A stretch of DNA of 12,400 bases, taken from a virus (lineage: Duplodnaviria; Heunggongvirae; Uroviricota; Caudoviricetes). Location: the IMG/VR virus record IMGVR_UViG_2778261689_000004; one strand, 5' to 3'. Positions 8,339 to 12,400 of this stretch are shown here, one piece after another. A program made the position numbers and the translations under genes. A model generated the notes under the pieces. It had not been told where the DNA came from, did no database searches, and worked only from the letters and a program-made list of their open reading frames with translations. The first letter of the stretch is position 1, and each line of letters starts with the position of its first letter.

Positions 8339-8671
8339 ATGTCTGTCACAATTCAGGGAAATACCTCAACCGTTATTTCAAACAACTCCGCCCCGGAAGG
8401 AACATCAGAAATAGCCAAAATCACAAGACAAATTCAGGTGCTGACTGAAAAGCTTGGGAAAATCTCATCGGAAGAGGGGATGACGACACAGCAGAAAAAA
8501 GAAATGGCTGCATTGGTACAGAAGCAAATTGAAAGCCTCTGGGCTCAACTGGAGCAGTTGTTAAGGCAGCAGGCAGAGAAAAAGAATGAAGACGCGACAG
8601 TTCAGCCTGATAAAAAAGAAGAGAAAAAAGACGATACAAATACCGCTGGCACCATTGATATTTACGTCTAA
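8339..8671 (+). CDS. flxA: FlxA (FliA-regulated protein), 110 aa
   Basis: MSVTIQGNTSTVISNNSAPEGTSEIAKITRQIQVLTEKLGK... matches FlxA as I recall it; preceded by a strong ribosome-binding site and the sigma28 promoter. Confidence 0.9.
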   Translation: MSVTIQGNTSTVISNNSAPEGTSEIAKITRQIQVLTEKLGKISSEEGMTTQQKKEMAALVQKQIESLWAQLEQLLRQQAEKKNEDATVQPDKKEEKKDDTNTAGTIDIYV

Positions 8672-8685
8672 GTGACAGCCGTATT

Positions 8686-8708
8686 GTGGCCCTCATCGGG
8701 CCACTTTT
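8686..8708 (+). terminator. Intrinsic terminator downstream of flxA
   Basis: Stem GTGGCCC / GGGCCAC with loop TCATC, followed by TTTTCG, 15 nt after the flxA stop. Confidence 0.55.
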
Positions 8709-8878
8709 CGCCATCAGCCTTTTCTTTAAAGACATATTATCTTTGTATCATTTCTGATAGTTAACATTACAAGATATAAGTAATGGACGCACTCCCAATT
8801 AGTCTATTTAAATCGCCACGAGTTTAACTGACAACCCATGATCAATTATGAATTGCAACTATTTCTGTAGTCACTTTT

Positions 8879-10719
8879 GTGGGGACAGTCCACAAAACTG
8901 CCAACTTCCGCTTCTTGCTCTTAGCGGACATTAGCATAGGCTATTTACCATAACGCCTCATTACGCGCACCGCCCAGACTGACTCAGCGCGTTTCTGGCA
9001 TATCCCCGGTAAAACAAGTAACAAACCACCCGAAAATGAACACCAGAAACGCGACTTAAGAATCTACCCTATGAATGGATATGCACTCAACCGAATCGAT
9101 CTTGGTTTCAATCTTTTTTATCGGGATCAGGCTTCTTTTTAGGTAACTTCGGGGGCTTAACTTGCTGATGACTTTGCGTTCGGCGCGTAAGCCAGGGATG
9201 GTCAGCTTTAGGTTTAACATAGTATTTTGAGCGTAAATCAATACGGGCATTATCCACTCGTTCATGGACACTCTTTTCATCATCCAGTGGTATAGGCTCC
9301 GGGCCATCAACATACTTTTCCCAGCCCAGCGCTTTCCCGTCATACAGAACGTTAATTTCACCGTCAAAGTTCTCGCATACAGTAACAACCGAATGCCTAA
9401 GTCGATATCCCCGGCCCTCACTGCGTACCTGAAACGCACTGCTTTTGTACTGGAAAGTGAGATTTTTAGACAGAACGCGCTTCGCCTGTAGGCTGAAGAT
9501 ATAACCCAGTTCCTCTTCAGAATGGTGCACATCAAGATGAGCATTATCAGTAGTACGAGGCGACGTAGCGAACCGGTTGTTATAGGCTTCAATAAAGGTC
9601 GGCAACCATGCATTTGCTGTTTCAATATCACTGATATTCTGAAGCCGCATTTCTTTGACCAGCCTGTCCTGTAGTGTCTGATTGGCGCGCTCTACCCGCC
9701 CTTTTGCCTGCGGGCTGTTGGCATGGATTGGCTCGATGCCCAGTGTCTTTATCGCACGAGTGAACTGGGTCAGCTCACCTTCCCGCTCTGGGTTATTTAC
9801 CCTGAATATACTGTGTCTATCAGAGTAGAGAGCGAGCGGTACGCCATGATCATTAAGGTAACCCCGGAGGGTTTCCATGTAAGCCCGGGTTGTTTCAGCA
9901 GGCACAAAACGCAACGCCATCAACGCACTGGTGGCATCATCAATGAAAACGATCAGTGTACATCTGGGGCCTCGATTTTCAAACCAGTCATGAGGTGAGC
10001 CATCAATCTGGATCAGTTCACCGTAAGATGGTCGTCGCATGCGGCGTTGATATATACGGGCAATTTTACGACGGCGTTCACGCCATAACCCCTCTTCTAT
10101 CATCCACTTTCTGAGAGTTTCAACGGATAAAGATAAACCGTGTATCTCGCGCAATTTTTCGCACGCAAACGTAGGTCCAAAATCAGCGTAACGGCCTTTG
10201 AGGAGTGAAATTACTGTTGCTCTGAATTCAGTAGAAAAGGAATTATTAGGACGCTTTCCACGTCGGTGGGAAACCAGACCAGAAGGCCCTTCATTTCTAT
10301 ACCGTTGCACCAGACGTTTAACCTGCCGAATAGAAATGCCAATGCGTGCCGCAGCTTGTTCCTGAATAATCTGAAGTCGGTGGAGTTCCTTATGACTCAT
10401 CGTAACAGTCTCTTTGATCATGAAAAATCCCCCAGAGAATTGTCTGGGGACATTTTAGAATGGTTCAAAGGGGACATTACAGCTTGGTGTTAACAATAGC
10501 CTGCTTCTCCGTGCCTTTCGGCACGTAAGAGGCTAACCTACATGTGTCTAGCATGAAATTGGCCTCAGATTAATGTTAAGCGTCTTGCAGGACGCGTAAT
10601 GTTAACTGGGGCTTTTCTCTATCTGCCGTTGGTGTCCATGCCCGAGGCAGATAGCCTCAAGCACCCGCAGTCATTCTACTTAACTAAGATTTCCCCGCAA
10701 ACCGTTTTTGTCCAGCACA
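8879..10719 (-). mobile_element. IS-like element carrying one DDE transposase gene; ends tentative
   Basis: The 437-aa transposase (9108-10421) is flanked by unusually structured non-coding DNA. Tentative termini are TGTGGGGACA at 8879 and the reverse complement TGTG-CT-GGACA ending at 10719; this short imperfect match is all that supports them. No clear target-site duplication found. Confidence 0.3.
9108..10421 (-). CDS. DDE-type transposase (rve integrase core with N-terminal helix-turn-helix; IS481 / ISNCY-IS1202-like), 437 aa
   Basis: N-terminal HTH-like region (IGISIRQVKRLVQRY), candidate catalytic residues in LIQIDGSPHDWFE, LYSDRHSIF and KGRVERANQTL (D, D, E with downstream basic residues), basic C-terminal tail. 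Not one of the K-12 insertion sequences I can recall. Confidence 0.85.
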   Translation of the reverse strand: MIKETVTMSHKELHRLQIIQEQAAARIGISIRQVKRLVQRYRNEGPSGLVSHRRGKRPNNSFSTEFRATVISLLKGRYADFGPTFACEKLREIHGLSLSVETLRKWMIEEGLWRERRRKIARIYQRRMRRPSYGELIQIDGSPHDWFENRGPRCTLIVFIDDATSALMALRFVPAETTRAYMETLRGYLNDHGVPLALYSDRHSIFRVNNPEREGELTQFTRAIKTLGIEPIHANSPQAKGRVERANQTLQDRLVKEMRLQNISDIETANAWLPTFIEAYNNRFATSPRTTDNAHLDVHHSEEELGYIFSLQAKRVLSKNLTFQYKSSAFQVRSEGRGYRLRHSVVTVCENFDGEINVLYDGKALGWEKYVDGPEPIPLDDEKSVHERVDNARIDLRSKYYVKPKADHPWLTRRTQSHQQVKPPKLPKKKPDPDKKD

Positions 10720-10755
10720 GTAAATATCCAACTAAACCAATGGAGTTCGCTGTAT

Positions 10756-10935
10756 TTACCGCCAGTATTCAATGCACATGACCGCCATGAACACCCCTAA
10801 AAAAAGGGCATTTATATATCCAAATATTAATATCAAAACATCAACTTTTTCCATATACCTTGCTGTGAAGATGATGGGCATACATGATGCGAACAACCAG
10901 AACGCAACAAACAAAAACTGCAATGCGTTTTTCAT
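10756..10935 (-). CDS. Small membrane protein with two predicted transmembrane helices, 59 aa
   Basis: ATG at 10933-10935 preceded by a perfect AGGAGG 6 nt upstream; MKNALQFLFVAFWLFASCMPIIFTARYMEKVDVLILIFGYINALFLGVFMAVMCIEYWR has two hydrophobic segments. The track ORF extends to a GTG at 10974 with no ribosome-binding site. Could correspond to the K-12 ydfW/intK-region ORF, unverified. Confidence 0.5.
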   Translation of the reverse strand: MKNALQFLFVAFWLFASCMPIIFTARYMEKVDVLILIFGYINALFLGVFMAVMCIEYWR

Positions 10936-11398
10936 TATTCCTCCTACAATCAATGTGCAATTACATTTAAACACACCTCAATTTGGCCGGACATATAAAT
11001 ATCTAAACCAGAAAAAATCACTTACATAGCGTTACAAACTCTTTAGTCTAAAGGTTCATCGTAAAACATTCCCCATACTTATCAGTCCGTTCCGCGCCAG
11101 GTAGCTCATTGCCTTATCTGGCAACCTGTAATCAGGTTTCCGCTTTTTCAGTTGGCTGGTCGTTTAACCGACATAGTTAATCCATTAATCTAGTTGCCGG
11201 ATGTTGGTGGATTTTCGCGTTTTAGTTGTTCATAAAAGTGCACAGCTTTAACCAGTTCTTCTGATGTAACTGGGACTGGTGAGGCAGTGAATAAGGCCTG
11301 AATTTGATAGTTCGGCCTGTCGTTACAATCCTCTTTTTTCGGTACATATTTCCAGTCACCAGACCACTACTTCCCCTGAAAGTCCGTAACGCCTTTTT

Positions 11399-11695
11399 TC
11401 ACGTAGGCTCTTTTGGTCGCATGATCTCGCCATCATCACTGGCTGCCTGTTCGTAGAGACCCACGATCCGCCCCCAGATCCACTGCGCACACGCCAAATC
11501 CTCCCTGCTAACGCCAAGCGCTCGCTGATCAATCGCGCCACCTTCATATGTGACACGCTGAACATCGATGTTCGGGCGCTCTTTCAAAGCCCAGAATGCT
11601 TCAGTGATTAATATCGTCGCCTGCTCCTGTGTCATTCCTGGTCGACATATCCAGGCATCCAGAGCCTCACGAGCCTGTTCAGGAGTGATTTTCAT
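11399..11695 (-). CDS. Hypothetical prophage protein downstream of dicC (YdfX-like), 98 aa
   Basis: ATG-initiated ORF overlapping the 3' end of dicC by 17 nt, suggesting translational coupling; position matches ydfX of K-12 Qin as I recall. Confidence 0.55.
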   Translation of the reverse strand: MKITPEQAREALDAWICRPGMTQEQATILITEAFWALKERPNIDVQRVTYEGGAIDQRALGVSREDLACAQWIWGRIVGLYEQAASDDGEIMRPKEPT

Positions 11696-11909
11696 TGTTC
11701 AACCGCCCCGCCCGCTTCGTCTTACGATATTCATCATAAACTTTGGGATCATACTGAAGCTCCCCGCCAGATGCCTCCTGTAGACGCATCGCGCGACCTT
11801 CGGGAACTAAATCCCCTTTCCAGCTATAAAGCGAAGCCAAACGAATACCTGCTGCTTGTGCAAGTTTTGTTTTTGAACCGAAATACAAAAGAGCGTCAGT
11901 TTTAAGCAT
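11679..11909 (-). CDS. dicC: DicC, Cro-like regulator of the dicB division-inhibition operon, 76 aa
   Basis: MLKTDALLYFGSKTKLAQAAGIRLASLYSWKGDLVPEGRAMRLQEASGGELQYDPKVYDEYRKTKRAGRLNNENHS matches DicC as I recall it; AAGGTG ribosome-binding site; divergent from dicA. Confidence 0.95.
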   Translation of the reverse strand: MLKTDALLYFGSKTKLAQAAGIRLASLYSWKGDLVPEGRAMRLQEASGGELQYDPKVYDEYRKTKRAGRLNNENHS

Positions 11910-11923
11910 TTAAAACACCTTTA

Positions 11924-11990
11924 TTGTTAGTCATAACTAACAAGATAGATGTTAACAAAAACATAGTCAATACGATTTAGCATTAGCTAA
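11924..11990. promoter_or_regulatory. dicC-dicA divergent control region with two related operator-like palindromes
   Basis: TTGTTAGT-CATA-ACTAACAA (11924-11943) and TTAGC-ATTA-GCTAA (11977-11990) share the core TTAG(T/C)-N4-(A/G)CTAA and sit about 50 bp centre to centre; a TGTTAACA palindrome lies at 11950-11957. Confidence 0.5.
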
Positions 11991-11992
11991 CT

Positions 11993-12400
11993 ATGGAAAC
12001 AAAAAATTTAACTATCGGCGAACGCATCAGGTATCGTCGGAAAAACCTCAAACACACCCAAAGGTCTCTTGCTAAAGCCCTGAAAATCTCCCATGTGTCT
12101 GTATCACAATGGGAACGGGGTGATAGTGAACCTACAGGGAAGAACCTTTTTGCCCTCAGTAAAGTATTGCAATGCTCACCAACATGGATTCTATTTGGCG
12201 ATGAAGACAAGCAACCAACACCACCTGTTGAGAAGCCAGTTGCCTTATCCCCCAAAGAACTAGAGCTCCTTGAGCTGTTTAATGCACTGCCAGAATCAGA
12301 ACAGGATACCCAGCTCGCCGAAATGCGAGCTCGAGTAAAAAACTTCAATAAACTCTTTGAAGAATTACTAAAAGCCCGTCAGCGGACAAATAAAAGATAA
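11993..12400 (+). CDS. dicA: DicA, HTH (Xre/cI-like) repressor of dicB, 135 aa
   Basis: METKNLTIGERIRYRRKNLKHTQRSLAKALKISHVSVSQWERGDSEPTGKNLFALSKVLQCSPTWILFGDED... matches DicA as I recall it; TAA stop at 12398-12400, so complete; no ribosome-binding site upstream. Confidence 0.95.
   Translation: METKNLTIGERIRYRRKNLKHTQRSLAKALKISHVSVSQWERGDSEPTGKNLFALSKVLQCSPTWILFGDEDKQPTPPVEKPVALSPKELELLELFNALPESEQDTQLAEMRARVKNFNKLFEELLKARQRTNKR

Noticed and set aside
8086-8735. ORFs 8086..8307 (-), 8155..8448 (+) and 8421..8735 (-) around flxA
   Set aside because: They overlap the flxA promoter or coding sequence in other frames or on the opposite strand, with no start signals.
8765-8774. ACATTACAAG resembling a relO half-site
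   Set aside because: A single 8-9 bp match about 1 kb from relBE with no partner palindrome; probably chance.
9056-10493. ORFs 9056..9631 (-), 9264..9491 (+), 9723..9998 (+) and 10266..10493 (+) within the transposase gene
   Set aside because: Alternate-frame or antisense ORFs inside the continuous 437-aa transposase reading frame.
10541-10555. Four-codon mini-ORF (MCLA) with AGAGG 9 nt upstream
   Set aside because: Too short to assess; could be a leader peptide but nothing beyond ribosome-binding-site spacing supports it.
10599-11029. Plus-strand ORFs 10599..10781 (60 aa) and 10772..11029 (85 aa)
   Set aside because: No ribosome-binding sites, unremarkable translations, and the second is antisense to the better-supported 59-aa membrane ORF.
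11030-11398. Possible integrase (intK-like) remnant between the membrane ORF and the ydfX-like ORF
   Set aside because: No ORF of 60 aa or more in any frame, and my partial minus-strand translations showed no recognisable tyrosine-recombinase motif; any pseudogene call would need alignment to K-12 intK.
11356-12348. ORFs 11356..11565 (-), 11568..11783 (+) and 11983..12348 (-)
   Set aside because: Alternate-frame or antisense overlaps of the ydfX-like ORF, dicC and dicA.

Overview
This 12.4 kb window reads as a lambdoid cryptic prophage segment of the E. coli Qin (Kim) type, in the order ydfO, gnsB, ynfN, cspI, rzpQ/rzoQ, rrrQ, ydfR, essQ, a small zinc-ribbon ORF, cspB, cspF, quuQ, ydfU-like, hokD, relE, relB, (ydfV), flxA, a DDE transposase, a small membrane ORF, ydfX-like, dicC, dicA. 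All calls rest on reading the six-frame translations and my recollection of these protein families; no database search was run. The lysis cassette (pinholin, SAR endolysin, nested Rz/Rz1 spanins) and the relBE-hokD toxin-antitoxin operon look intact. The main departure from the K-12 layout as I recall it is an IS-like insertion (437-aa DDE transposase, 9108-10421) between flxA and the dicC side, flanked by hairpin- and repeat-rich non-coding DNA; its ends are not resolved. Two further items are a 59-aa two-helix membrane ORF with a consensus ribosome-binding site, and a short ydfU-like gene with no room for rem. I found no strong evidence for a wholly new system; the IS-proximal region is the best candidate for follow-up. 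No tRNA, rRNA or CRISPR array was seen.
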